Sequence record: LC819007.1
Reading direction: 5' to 3' (one strand)
DNA length: 64,000 bases
The translations under genes were made by a program, and so were the position numbers. Positions within the stretch are counted from its first letter, which is position 1, and each line of letters starts with the position of its first letter. This document shows positions 44,817-54,870 of the stretch, piece by piece. Under the pieces are notes generated by a model. It did no database searches, was not told the DNA's origin, and saw only the letters and a list, made by a program, of their open reading frames with translations.

Positions 44817-47120
44817 TCACGTAACGAACGTGATCGCCGACGGCTTCGGCTCCATTTCCTGGTACGGCGCATACGTGAACTTCCATCCGTTACACAGGGC
44901 CAGGTGCTTCACCAGTTCGAGCGGCTTCGCGTTGCCCAATGGAATCTTGCTACGATCCACGAGAACGTCGATGTCAGTCGGCTTGTCGGCCCGCAGGATG
45001 TTGTACACGCCCATGCGGTGTGCTGCGATGTTGTTGTTGCGGTCAATCAGCTCCGCCATCGGCCGCCAGCCCATATAGGCTGTGCCAATCGCGGTTTCGG
45101 TTTCACCCCAAGCCCGGATCGCCTGTTGACGCCATGGCGATGCATGCTTGTCCTGGTTGTTGATGTGCGACAGGATACCGAAGTTCTGCAGCTTGCCAGA
45201 CGGAACAGCCGTCCAGTCATCACCCGTTTTCTCCAGCAGAATGAAGTACACCTCGCCGATCAGGATCTTTTCCTTCGTGGTGACGAATCCGCCCGTATGA
45301 TCACGATACGTCACGTGACCAATCTGCGGCATGAAGTGCTTCTGGATTTCGTCGACGACATCCGGCAACTCAGGATCGTTGTTACTCGGATGGAAGATGT
45401 AGATGCCATCTTCAAGGAACGAGGTCATGTGTTCATGAATCAACCCCGCCGCTGCTTCGCTCGCGTAGAACTCGGCCTGTTGCGGACTGACTGTCCGGAT
45501 GAAATGCATGAACCGATCCCAGGCGCTCATGGCGGCCGGATCTTTGTTCTTGTATGCGATTTCCACCCGTGTCTTTTCCGCCAGGTTCAGCTTCTGGCCA
45601 TGCGTGCCCGGATACGGCACGTTGAACAGATTGCAGAATTCCTTGTTCAGATCGCGACCGGCTGCGTTAAAGCCCTGTTCGTAGAGACGACCCAGGTTCT
45701 GACGTGACACAGTAGCACCGCCGTCCATCGCGATATGCGCGCGATTGCCGAACTCGTCCACCGGCATGTCTTCCTTGGGCACCACCTTGACCACAACGCC
45801 CTTACCACCCCAGCAGTCGGTGATCTTGTAACCTTCCGTCGGTGTCGCTTCGTACTCGACCACGAACTCGATGGTGAAATCATCCATCGGGGAGGCACGG
45901 TAGATCATCTGCACGCGCTGTTCTTCGTTGGTGGCTTCCTGCTGCAGCACTGCGTACGCATGCTTGACCAGGTTCTTGAAGTTGTGCGTGATCTTGAACG
46001 TGCCTTTCGGGCGATTGTTCTTGAGCTCGTTATACTTCGCGAGCACCGCACGATAATAAACCCGTGCAGCCGCATCATACTTCAGGGCTTGATCGTTACA
46101 GATGCTCGGCGAGAACGGTGCGCGCGATACGTCATGACTGACACGGATGTCAATCACACGACCCCGGCTTGTTGCAATGCCGGTTTCACGATCGATCTTC
46201 GCCGACGGCACATACGTCAGCTTGTCGAACACGTAGTTCACTTCACGCGAGGCCGTTGCCGACATCTCGACGGCCGAGTAGATGTCGCTGTAACTACGCA
46301 ACGCCATCAACAGACCATCTTCACGCACGTAATCCCCGATTTCCGGGAACGGCTTGTACACCGTTGCGTCGCCATACAGGTTCAGCGGGAAATGCGTCGA
46401 ACCGTAAGCGACCGTGCGCTTTTCATACTTGTGAATCTTCAGCCACGGCACGGCTTCATCAGAAAGCAAAACACCGTCCTCAGCGACTTCCGGGAAGCTA
46501 CCGAAGATGACGTTCAAGTTAATACCGTAGCAGTAGTTGCCATCCGGACGCTTGGACGGCGAATCCTGCAGCACCGTGTCACCGCGCCACATCGTGCCGC
46601 GCGTCGTCGCACTCGGGACACGGATGTTACGGGCATGTTCCGTGGGCTTCAACGGAAAGCCGAAATACTGGTGGTTCGAGAAGAAATCCTTCAACGACAC
46701 GCAGTCGACTTCGTACACCGTCTTGCCATTGTGATCGAACTCGGACTCGACGATCAACGTCGTTTCCGGATTGTGCCGGATCGCATCCGCCCCAACCACC
46801 TTCGGGTTATAGAACGGAATCATGGCCAGCACTTCGCAATCGTGCTCAACCTTCGTCGAGAACGTTGCTTTGCCGTATTGAATCTCGGCCCCTGATTGAA
46901 TGCGTCGCGGTGTGGACTTATCGAACACCAAACACTGAGACGTGTGGCTTGCACCAAACATCTGAGCACGAGATGACGAGATGGTGCCGGGGAACGGCGC
47001 CAAACTCATCACGTTCGCCAACTCCGGAAAGAGTTGGTTTGGTTCGTAATGATAGTTCCAGACCGACGAAAGCGCATGTGCCAGTGTGGTGTTACTGGCA
47101 CTAATGTTGTCCTCTGCCAT
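44817..47120 (-). CDS. Non-virion RNA polymerase beta subunit, C-terminal part (phiKZ gp71-73-like), uninterrupted
   Basis: SSSRAQM, EDGVLLS, KITDCWGGKGVV, GEVYFILLEK and QAIRAWGETE match beta-subunit motifs. Confidence 0.92.
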   Translation of the reverse strand: MAEDNISASNTTLAHALSSVWNYHYEPNQLFPELANVMSLAPFPGTISSSRAQMFGASHTSQCLVFDKSTPRRIQSGAEIQYGKATFSTKVEHDCEVLAMIPFYNPKVVGADAIRHNPETTLIVESEFDHNGKTVYEVDCVSLKDFFSNHQYFGFPLKPTEHARNIRVPSATTRGTMWRGDTVLQDSPSKRPDGNYCYGINLNVIFGSFPEVAEDGVLLSDEAVPWLKIHKYEKRTVAYGSTHFPLNLYGDATVYKPFPEIGDYVREDGLLMALRSYSDIYSAVEMSATASREVNYVFDKLTYVPSAKIDRETGIATSRGRVIDIRVSHDVSRAPFSPSICNDQALKYDAAARVYYRAVLAKYNELKNNRPKGTFKITHNFKNLVKHAYAVLQQEATNEEQRVQMIYRASPMDDFTIEFVVEYEATPTEGYKITDCWGGKGVVVKVVPKEDMPVDEFGNRAHIAMDGGATVSRQNLGRLYEQGFNAAGRDLNKEFCNLFNVPYPGTHGQKLNLAEKTRVEIAYKNKDPAAMSAWDRFMHFIRTVSPQQAEFYASEAAAGLIHEHMTSFLEDGIYIFHPSNNDPELPDVVDEIQKHFMPQIGHVTYRDHTGGFVTTKEKILIGEVYFILLEKTGDDWTAVPSGKLQNFGILSHINNQDKHASPWRQQAIRAWGETETAIGTAYMGWRPMAELIDRNNNIAAHRMGVYNILRADKPTDIDVLVDRSKIPLGNAKPLELVKHLALCNGWKFTYAPYQEMEPKPSAITFVT

Positions 47121-47270
47121 ACAGCTTTCCTTTATAGTCAGTCGCAGTAACGATGATATGTACGCCTGAACCTCCAGAATCCTCGTGTTTCACGACGAAT
47201 CGCACCTGGCTATTCAAAGCACACCATACCGAAGCGTAGTATTTTTCCTACTCGACGGTCCCGTTCAATT

Positions 47271-47280
47271 TAGTAATATG
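47271..47280 (-). promoter_or_regulatory. Early (virion RNAP) promoter CATATTACTA
   Basis: Identical 10-mer upstream of three nucleus/nvRNAP genes; resembles the phiKZ early consensus TATATTAC; 150 nt upstream of the nvRNAP beta gene. Confidence 0.65.
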
Positions 47281-47309
47281 TGTTCGTAGTCATTTCCACT
47301 GGGACTCCT

Positions 47310-47654
47310 ATGCAAGCAAGTATCGAGAAGCTGGCTCAAGCACCAGCCGCCGTTACCTTCGATGATCCCGCCTTTCGGGCAGTTCTCGAAGATCACCTGA
47401 CGTGGTTCAATGACCACGGACAAACGCGCACCGTACCCGTTACTGCGCATCAGATCGAAGTGTACGACTTCGACTGGATTGGTCTCCTGCAAGACCTGAA
47501 GATCGCATCGGACCTTCATTGGCTCACCATCCGCATGAACGGTGGGAAATCTCTCACCGATGTTCCGCAAACACTGCGTTCTTTGCGTGTGGCGGACTAC
47601 AGCGTGGTCAAAAACCTGGTGATGCTCAACTCCAGCAGCAAGCGCATCAAGTAA
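47310..47654 (+). CDS. Small conserved phiKZ-like protein (possibly baseplate/LysM-like)
   Basis: Start moved to ATG 47310; FDWIGLL...LHWLTIRMNG motif; lone plus-strand gene ending at a bidirectional terminator. Confidence 0.6.
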   Translation: MQASIEKLAQAPAAVTFDDPAFRAVLEDHLTWFNDHGQTRTVPVTAHQIEVYDFDWIGLLQDLKIASDLHWLTIRMNGGKSLTDVPQTLRSLRVADYSVVKNLVMLNSSSKRIK

Positions 47655-47670
47655 CAAAAAAGAAAAAGCA

Positions 47671-47735
47671 GCATAAGTACCCCATCCCCGCCAATGCATC
47701 CCGAAGGACGCATCGGTGAGGATGGGGCGCTATGC
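47671..47735. terminator. Long bidirectional hairpin flanked by GCATA/TATGC
   Basis: CCCCATCC...GGATGGGG outer stem with an inner stem; convergent genes. Confidence 0.75.
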
Positions 47736-47745
47736 CGCCTTCACA

Positions 47746-49503
47746 TCAACGGAAGAATCCGCGCTGTGCGAGCTGGTTCTGCTGTGCCGTTTCCACGGCG
47801 GTGCGCAGATAGCGCGGCACCGTGGTCTGACGTTGCAGTTGCTGCGATTGCATCGCCGTTGCGCTTTGCACGTGCATCTGCGAGAGCAGGTTCTGGAACA
47901 TCACCGGATTCGCACGATACATCTGGATTTCGGCTTCGCTCAGTCCCGGCACTTGCGACGGATCGCTGATTGCCTGTTGCATGCCCATACGCTGCATGCC
48001 CATCGGCTGACCCATCGGCACCACACCGACGCCTGCTTGCACTTGCGCCAGCGGTACGTACACCTTACCGTCGACGATTGCAGCACCTGCCGGCACAGCG
48101 CTCACGCCCTGACCTTCAACCGGGATATACAGCTGGCCGTTGATCAGACGTGCCGATTCCGGCACTTTCTGCGCTTGCGGTTGCATTTGCATCTGTTGTT
48201 GCGGAATCATGCCCGGCAACACCTGGCCCGGCAGACCCATTTGCTGCTGTTGCGGCGGTTGCTGTGCTGCGAGCAACGTACCAACCGGCGGCGTCGCCGG
48301 AACGTGTGCCGACAGCGGCGGCTGGTGATACGAGAGACCGGCCACCTGTTTCGCTTGTTGATCGGTGATCTGATGCGTAGCGTGTTCGACGGTCGGGGCG
48401 GCAACACCCAGTTTGAATCGCGGCTTCACGGGAACGTGGACCTCTTGCTGTTGGGGGTGGTGAGCCACAAACGTGGCAGCGGGAACACCTGCGGTTTGCG
48501 CCGGTGCATTGGCGATCGAGGCCGAGATCGTCGGGGCGACATCTGCTGCGACCACCGTACGTTGCAGCGGCGTATCGGTGATCTTCGCCGGCGCGAGCGC
48601 TTGCTGGATGCGTTCGCTCGGTGCATTGCCTTCGAGCAGCGGAATACGACGGATTTCCGGCAGCAGCGGCGAGATATCCGCGAAGTCATCGCGCCAGTCG
48701 TTGACGATCAGCAGCGCCGTGCTCGTGTTGATCACCGGTTCCAGAATCGACACCGCCTTGTTCTGCACTTCCGTGTACATACCGTACAGTTGCATCAGTG
48801 CTTCCATCGACGGCGCGATCTTCGAGTCCGAACCCACTTCGTAGAACTGCGGCTCACGAATGCCTGCGAAGAGGAATTCGTACATGCTGCGCAACATCTT
48901 GACATCCGCGATGCGCAGCTTGTGACCGGCGACTTCTGCCGGCTTGTTGTCCTTCGGCAGCAGTTCATACAGCGGGAAGTGACACACAGCCACACGCGAG
49001 CGCTTCTGACCCTGGAACACGCGGCCCTTGATCACCGAGAAGCGGATGAACTCCGCGTTCTTCTTCGACACGCGCTTGGCCGAGACGAGATCCGTCAGCA
49101 ACTTGACGAACTTCGCATCGGAATCCGAGAACGGGCCGAGGTAAGAAGCCTGTTCCGGCGTCAGGTCCTTGTGCATGTCCTTCTTCACGCCGAGTTGCGC
49201 GATGTCCAGCAGCAACATGCCGAGCATGAAGTCCGAATACGCGTTCATGCGCTCACGGAACTTCTCCAACACACGCGATTCGCCGCCCGCGACGTTTTGC
49301 AGCAGCGGGTGGAAACCAATGCGACCCGACCAGTCCGTCTGTTTCAGCTGGTTGTCGGTGGGCAGCACCACGCGTTTCGAATCGACGAGCAGCGGCTTGG
49401 GGGTATCGCCGCCCGGCAGGATCGTGCTCACGAATCCTTCGCTGTCGGATACCATCCCGACAGCTGCCTGAACGCTCTTATACAGCTCGATGAGGGTTTT
49501 CAT
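47746..49503 (-). CDS. Conserved nucleus-block protein (phiKZ gp70-like) with Q/M/P-rich disordered C-terminus
   Basis: 585 aa directly downstream of the PicA-like gene; globular ~340 aa followed by a low-complexity tail. Confidence 0.65.
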   Translation of the reverse strand: MKTLIELYKSVQAAVGMVSDSEGFVSTILPGGDTPKPLLVDSKRVVLPTDNQLKQTDWSGRIGFHPLLQNVAGGESRVLEKFRERMNAYSDFMLGMLLLDIAQLGVKKDMHKDLTPEQASYLGPFSDSDAKFVKLLTDLVSAKRVSKKNAEFIRFSVIKGRVFQGQKRSRVAVCHFPLYELLPKDNKPAEVAGHKLRIADVKMLRSMYEFLFAGIREPQFYEVGSDSKIAPSMEALMQLYGMYTEVQNKAVSILEPVINTSTALLIVNDWRDDFADISPLLPEIRRIPLLEGNAPSERIQQALAPAKITDTPLQRTVVAADVAPTISASIANAPAQTAGVPAATFVAHHPQQQEVHVPVKPRFKLGVAAPTVEHATHQITDQQAKQVAGLSYHQPPLSAHVPATPPVGTLLAAQQPPQQQQMGLPGQVLPGMIPQQQMQMQPQAQKVPESARLINGQLYIPVEGQGVSAVPAGAAIVDGKVYVPLAQVQAGVGVVPMGQPMGMQRMGMQQAISDPSQVPGLSEAEIQMYRANPVMFQNLLSQMHVQSATAMQSQQLQRQTTVPRYLRTAVETAQQNQLAQRGFFR

Positions 49504-49569
49504 CCTTTGTCCTTTCGTTATTTGAGGGAAGAAAAGGGAAACGGGTTGCCCCGTTTCCCCGTTCAGGCT

Positions 49570-51267
49570 TTAGTAATCGCCTGCCAGACCACCGATGCGG
49601 CCGCTACCGTCGCCTTGCACGGCGATAGCGCTCGACAGGGAGTCATGGCTGCCCGGGCTGAGGATTGCTTTGCACGAATCAACCACCTGATCGATGGCTT
49701 GTGCCATTCCCGAGAGACGGCCCAGATCGGTTGTCACGATCGGAGCCAGCGACGAGGACGCGAAAGCCGGCACGACGTAGTCCATCCGGTCGTTTTGCCA
49801 CACGAGCTGGATATACACGTCGTTGAATGCATCCGCGAACACGTCGACTTCAAACGGGATTTCATCGCGTTCACTGACGATGTTCAGACACTCCATGATC
49901 AGTCGGCCCTTGAGGGCTTCCAGACGCTGGAAGAGCATCCCGTCATTGTCCATCCCATCACACGCCTGAATGGTGACCTCGGTGACACCACTCAGATTGT
50001 TGGCGTTGAACGCCAGGGTTGCTACACCCGACATCGACATCAGCGCCAGCACGGTTTGTGCAATCGCCGTCGCGTGCAACGAGATCGTGTACGCGCTGCC
50101 GATCGATTCCACCTGACGACCATCCGGAATCACGATCGCACCGGTTTCGTACGAGCGACCGAACACTTCAGCACGATCGTCGATGGTTGGATCGAGCATC
50201 ATCAGATCGCTGTAGGTGAACTGCGCAGTCGTGCCCACGCCATTGCCCAGCTTGCGATTCATCACGTGGATGAAACCGCTGTTGGAGAACGGTGTGTCCT
50301 GAATGCGCTGGCTCGCGAGCGAACCCGTTGCCGTGCCGTCCATGTTCATCGGATCGAACTCTTGCAGCGAGTTCTCGAACAGACCCTTGACCATGCGGCT
50401 GGCGAACGTCGGCACCAGTTGGTTCTGGTCGGCCGACATCATCGGCACATGCGTGAGCAGGCTGTCAAGATCCTGATACGTCATCGCTTGCGGTTCGCCG
50501 AACTGCGCCGCTTGCTGCATGCCGTTGTACAGCTGGACCTTGTCGACCGCCTTCAACACATCCGACGGACGCGTCAGATACATGTTCTCACCCATCCCGT
50601 TCAGACCGCCGAAACCTTGGTTACGCACCACGGCGTTCGTGCGGCCAATCGTCGGCACCGGATTGCCGAAACCATCCATGCGACGCATGCGCGCTTCGGT
50701 GACGTGGTTGATCACGAACACCATCTGCGGGCTGATGTGCACGCTGGTCATGCCCATGCCTGTTGCGGCTGCTTCGTCGGTGTGACCCGAGATGAATTCC
50801 GTGCGGGTGAATTTACCGTTACGGAACACGTCGACCACCATCGTGAAGCGGAAACGCTCCGCCCACCAGCCGTTGTCGATGCTCGCTGCGCCATCGGGCG
50901 TACCCGAGAAACGCACGAAGTCACCACCCTTCTGACCCATCACGTTACCCATGTTGATCGGGTCGAGTGCCGAGAGGCCGTTGCGCTGGATTTCATCCGC
51001 GAGGATGTTCAGGCTCGTGTCGCTCGCGACGATGTCGTAGGAACGACGTTGTTGGTCCGCTTGCGGACGCGTGAGACCCAGATAGAGTTTCCGGATCTCC
51101 ATGTGCATGGCGCCTTGCGCTTCGACCGACGCTTGCGGCATGCCGAAGTTGTACGTCTGCTGAATCAGGCTCGGAGCCCCGAGTGTCTGACTCGTTGCAT
51201 CCAAGCTTCCGAAGCCCTGACCTTGACCGATCTGGGCGTCCAGGCTACCGAAGTTGAAGTTGCTCAT
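49570..51267 (-). CDS. picA: Phage nuclear import factor PicA/Imp1-like (phiKZ gp69-like)
   Basis: Syntenic position immediately after the gp68-like subunit; GWWAERFRFTMVV and YLTRPSDV segments; assignment mainly by synteny. Confidence 0.65.
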   Translation of the reverse strand: MSNFNFGSLDAQIGQGQGFGSLDATSQTLGAPSLIQQTYNFGMPQASVEAQGAMHMEIRKLYLGLTRPQADQQRRSYDIVASDTSLNILADEIQRNGLSALDPINMGNVMGQKGGDFVRFSGTPDGAASIDNGWWAERFRFTMVVDVFRNGKFTRTEFISGHTDEAAATGMGMTSVHISPQMVFVINHVTEARMRRMDGFGNPVPTIGRTNAVVRNQGFGGLNGMGENMYLTRPSDVLKAVDKVQLYNGMQQAAQFGEPQAMTYQDLDSLLTHVPMMSADQNQLVPTFASRMVKGLFENSLQEFDPMNMDGTATGSLASQRIQDTPFSNSGFIHVMNRKLGNGVGTTAQFTYSDLMMLDPTIDDRAEVFGRSYETGAIVIPDGRQVESIGSAYTISLHATAIAQTVLALMSMSGVATLAFNANNLSGVTEVTIQACDGMDNDGMLFQRLEALKGRLIMECLNIVSERDEIPFEVDVFADAFNDVYIQLVWQNDRMDYVVPAFASSSLAPIVTTDLGRLSGMAQAIDQVVDSCKAILSPGSHDSLSSAIAVQGDGSGRIGGLAGDY

Positions 51268-51326
51268 CTTGCTTTCCTTTCAAGTTTTTGATCCGAGAGT
51301 TCGCTTCTCCCGGACCGAGGTGGTGT

Positions 51327-53057
51327 TTAGTTGTACTGCCACGGCGCAAAATCCTGGGTGAGGCTCATGCCCAGGTTCTTCGCCATCAAATCTTGATACA
51401 CAGCCATCGGATCGATCCGAACCATGGGACGCTCCGCCAACCACTTCGCGTACTCCATGAACATCGTCACCGCTTTGGACGGAATGACGTACGTTCGGTT
51501 CGGCATGTTTCCTTGTACCCGACGCAGGGTTGCATCGCTGAAGGTACAATTAATATCGTACTCTTGTAAAGAACGCGCCAGTTCGTACACGTCTTCGAAC
51601 ACGAAGTTGCGTACTTTCTTCTGGTTTCGGCTGCGCTGCTCCATCGGGAAGATGGCGCGATACGCTTCACGATCGGCTGCGCGCAGTGGCGCAATCGACT
51701 CACCGATAAACCGCGTGCCTTCACCCGAGCTCGACATGCGCTCGTAAGCGCCGGTCACAAGCTTGGCCAGATCGATCTTGTTGTGGTGCAACAGAACCGC
51801 TTGCGCGAGTCCGAGCAATGCCACGACCCGTTCCTTGCGCAGGTTGCCGACAGTGCGAACCTGGCTATACGGATGGAACAACCACGCTGCGATGGTGATC
51901 TGTTCGTCCGCGAGTGCTGCGTTGTGCAGCGACTTCGACGATTCCAATGCATCTGCCACCAGTTCGTAGTCGATACCCGGAGCAACACGCTCCAGCAACG
52001 ACATCGGATCACGCTCACCCTTCACCAGCATCTCGACCTGCCGTTCGAGATAATGATCGCCGAGTGCTTCCTGACCAACCGTCAGTGCAATCCGATTGCG
52101 GAATCCTTCCAGATACGACTGGTTGTTTTCATCCGCAGAATACGACGTTTCGGCGAACTTGTTCTTGATCGCCGGCTGGGAACTGGCAATCGTGGTGACG
52201 CGATGCCGCACGTAGTTATACAGTGCAGACACCACTGGCGTGAGGTTATTCACACCCATCACATCCACCACCGGCAAACGGTTGATCACGAGACTGGTCA
52301 ACGCCCAGTACACAAAATCGTCCGAACCGATCCCCATCAGCACCGCCGCGGGGTTATTCCGATCGTTGCCGATCGTGTGGTCCACGAACTGTTCGAGTCG
52401 TGCCATGGCTGCATTCTGCGCCGGCCACGCTTGTTCGATCAGGCTATACGTGAGCATATCTTTCAGTTCACGCGAGAGCACCGACTTCGTGAGCGCCGCA
52501 AAGTCGAACCAGAACGGACACGCCGCGCGCACGATAATCGCGAGCGGGATGAGTCCCTTGTAATCCTCCAGCAGGTAAGTACGCTCACGCGTACCCGGCA
52601 TCGTTTCCGGATTGAAGACGATGTTGATGTCCGCCGGAATGCGCGGCTTCAACGACGACCACACCCAGTTGTAGAAGTGCGTCGGATCGATCTGATCGAA
52701 AAGCGTCTTGGCCATCGGCCGAATGGCTTCGATCAGGTCTTCGCAGTCGTCCTGCTGCATGTTCGTTTCTCGCAGCACCTGATGGATGTTGCGATACTCG
52801 GCGAAGATGGCATCCTGCTTGTCCATCGGCAGCAGTGCGAAGTACATGTTGACCTGATCGAATGCATCCGCGTTCGTATCCGGGTCGGAATTCCACGTCC
52901 GTGGCGGGAAATTCCATTGCAGCTGGTCGGTCCCGTGTTCGATGATCATGAAACGCTTGCTACGGGCTTTGCCGTAGGAATGCGAGTACATCGCGAGATC
53001 CGGATCATCTGAGCCATCAAGCTGAAAGTCAGCCTGGCTCACCACTTTGATCTTCAT
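51327..53057 (-). CDS. Non-virion RNA polymerase fifth (sigma-like) subunit (phiKZ gp68-like)
   Basis: 576-aa helical protein between the ChmC-like and PicA-like genes; RERTYLLEDYKGL; early promoter 50 nt upstream. Confidence 0.7.
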   Translation of the reverse strand: MKIKVVSQADFQLDGSDDPDLAMYSHSYGKARSKRFMIIEHGTDQLQWNFPPRTWNSDPDTNADAFDQVNMYFALLPMDKQDAIFAEYRNIHQVLRETNMQQDDCEDLIEAIRPMAKTLFDQIDPTHFYNWVWSSLKPRIPADINIVFNPETMPGTRERTYLLEDYKGLIPLAIIVRAACPFWFDFAALTKSVLSRELKDMLTYSLIEQAWPAQNAAMARLEQFVDHTIGNDRNNPAAVLMGIGSDDFVYWALTSLVINRLPVVDVMGVNNLTPVVSALYNYVRHRVTTIASSQPAIKNKFAETSYSADENNQSYLEGFRNRIALTVGQEALGDHYLERQVEMLVKGERDPMSLLERVAPGIDYELVADALESSKSLHNAALADEQITIAAWLFHPYSQVRTVGNLRKERVVALLGLAQAVLLHHNKIDLAKLVTGAYERMSSSGEGTRFIGESIAPLRAADREAYRAIFPMEQRSRNQKKVRNFVFEDVYELARSLQEYDINCTFSDATLRRVQGNMPNRTYVIPSKAVTMFMEYAKWLAERPMVRIDPMAVYQDLMAKNLGMSLTQDFAPWQYN

Positions 53058-53105
53058 GGCCTTCCTTTGTTGGTGAGAGTGTCCCTATCGCACATAGGTT
53101 CACAG

Positions 53106-53115
53106 TAGTAATATG
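53106..53115 (-). promoter_or_regulatory. Early (virion RNAP) promoter CATATTACTA
   Basis: Second identical copy, about 50 nt upstream of ATG 53057. Confidence 0.7.
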
Positions 53116-53178
53116 TTCCCAAAGAAACATTGGTTTTAACGGTATTTCTTTAGCCTGTTTGTCGCACGAAGGCTTTTA

Positions 53179-53216
53179 AGCCTGCGGTCCTTTTCGGGAC
53201 CGCAGGCTCTTTATGC
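53179..53216. terminator. Terminator hairpin after chmC
   Basis: AGCCTGCGGTCC/GGACCGCAGGCT 12-bp stem; TTTATGC on the plus side. Confidence 0.75.
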
Positions 53217-53235
53217 GCTGAAGTTCCGCCGTGGC

Positions 53236-53967
53236 TTACCAGGGGATGTCGTCGCTAGCCATGTCACCGCCGCCAGCATTGCTGAAGCTGCGACCGCCAC
53301 CGCCATTACCGCCACCATTGCCACCGCCGTAACCACCGCCGCCACCGTTACCACCACGGTTGCCGCCGCCACCGCCGAAGTTACCGCCTTGCTTCGGTTC
53401 CGGGTGCTTGTACTGCTCCTTCAGGATGATCGGCATCAGCTGACGGATCGAGGCAACCTGGCCGAGTGCCAGGAACTTCGATTCGAGCGCCTTCGGCATT
53501 TCGTTGCCGTCGCCGTCGCGGAAACGCGTCTTGGTGTCCGGCATGAAGCTGAACTTGATGTTCGGACGCTTGTCGAGCACGATCGAGATGAAGACGATGC
53601 CGTTTTCTTCACGGCCGACCACGAGACGGTAAATCAACACCGGACCGTCGGTCATCTTGCCCGGGCCGATGAACTTCTTGTCGTGATGCTCGTACGCCCA
53701 GCGGAACGGTTGGTCGGCGTTCGCTGCGTGTTCGATCATCGACAGGAACATGTTGAACTTGTCGAGCGGCACGTTCGCCTGAATACGACCGTAGTCGTTG
53801 TTCGCGTCGGCCGCGATGTTCGTACGCACCGTGATGATCGGATCGTTCTTCTTGACGTCGAACGACATGTTGGCAAACTTGCCTTCGCCGTTGGGCGCGT
53901 ACATCGACAGCGCGCGATGGTTGAGGACGGTTTTCGGGCGCTGGTTTTGGTTGTTGAATTCAGACAT
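53236..53967 (-). CDS. chmC: Nucleus-associated nucleic-acid-binding protein ChmC-like (phiKZ gp67-like)
   Basis: Beta-rich core plus Gly-rich tail ending DDIPW (SSB-like tail); syntenic position before the gp68-like gene. Confidence 0.65.
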   Translation of the reverse strand: MSEFNNQNQRPKTVLNHRALSMYAPNGEGKFANMSFDVKKNDPIITVRTNIAADANNDYGRIQANVPLDKFNMFLSMIEHAANADQPFRWAYEHHDKKFIGPGKMTDGPVLIYRLVVGREENGIVFISIVLDKRPNIKFSFMPDTKTRFRDGDGNEMPKALESKFLALGQVASIRQLMPIILKEQYKHPEPKQGGNFGGGGGNRGGNGGGGGYGGGNGGGNGGGGRSFSNAGGGDMASDDIPW

Positions 53968-54036
53968 GGTGATGTTGAGATTGTAAAGTTATCCTATTCA
54001 TGCAATGAAAGGACAGGGTAAAAAACGGCTGTGGGA

Positions 54037-54867
54037 TTACCAGTGTCTGAGATAAAGACGCAGGTTTTCCGCCAGAAACTTGTCCGACAGGGAGTTCAGC
54101 CCGTAGTTGATCTTGTCCAGACTCGTGGCAAAACTCCAGTTGTACTTCTTGCCCAGCTCGACCAGGGCCTTGCGATAGGTCATGCCGATCGGCCGGAACA
54201 GCTGGTTGTCACCGAAGATGGACAGGAAGCCCTCACGGAACGGGATCATGGGCAGATCCTTGCCGTTGTAGAACTTCGTGTACCACATGCTCTTGTCCTT
54301 GATATTACCGGTGTGGGACTCCAGCAGCGACAACGCGGGAAACGACTTGGTGGTGAGGTCAAACGCGAAATGCGTCAGCATCAACGTGTTGCCCACCTGG
54401 GGATCAGTGATCTTGAGCGGATAAAGTTTGATCAACTCCTTTTCGTTCTTGATGATTTCACCCAGCACGGTGGTCTGGCTCTTGGCGAAGAGGACCTGGT
54501 TGGGCGTACTGTCCACACGCAAAATCGCATGCGGGAAACGCCGTTCCAGGCCGATGTAGTCCGGACAGTAGAGCACCGTCTCGAACTTACCCTGGCTCTG
54601 CTCGTCCGCGATCTCCTTGTACTTATCCAGCTCATGCCGGAATGATTCAATGAGATCTTTCTGATCCACGTTAGCGACCTGATCACGACCGATCGCTTCG
54701 TAGTAGTTGCGGAAAAGCGTTTTCACATTCACCCAGTGGCCCGTGAAGTCTTTCATTACCTTCGGACCAGCCGGGTGATCGGGGTGGATACCAATAGCGC
54801 CTTCCACCGCCAGTGACGTGGCGATAGACAGCGGAAAGTATCCCGTAGCGCGTTCGGATGCATTCAT
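54037..54867 (-). CDS. Conserved nucleus-block protein (phiKZ gp66-like), possibly nuclease fold
   Basis: 276 aa between the SbcD-like and ChmC-like genes; WVNVKTLFRN, YCPDY and LLESHTG; function inferred only. Confidence 0.55.
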   Translation of the reverse strand: MNASERATGYFPLSIATSLAVEGAIGIHPDHPAGPKVMKDFTGHWVNVKTLFRNYYEAIGRDQVANVDQKDLIESFRHELDKYKEIADEQSQGKFETVLYCPDYIGLERRFPHAILRVDSTPNQVLFAKSQTTVLGEIIKNEKELIKLYPLKITDPQVGNTLMLTHFAFDLTTKSFPALSLLESHTGNIKDKSMWYTKFYNGKDLPMIPFREGFLSIFGDNQLFRPIGMTYRKALVELGKKYNWSFATSLDKINYGLNSLSDKFLAENLRLYLRHW

Positions 54868-54870
54868 GTT

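Noticed and set aside
47716-51291. Very long plus-strand ORFs (1191 aa here; also 6147..8735, 8839..10365, 18607..20406, 28601..30409, 60344..62572)
   Set aside because: They are antisense shadows of real minus-strand genes. Strong codon bias avoids TTA/CTA/TCA and so removes stops on the opposite strand; the products are R/H/V-rich with no motifs or RBS.
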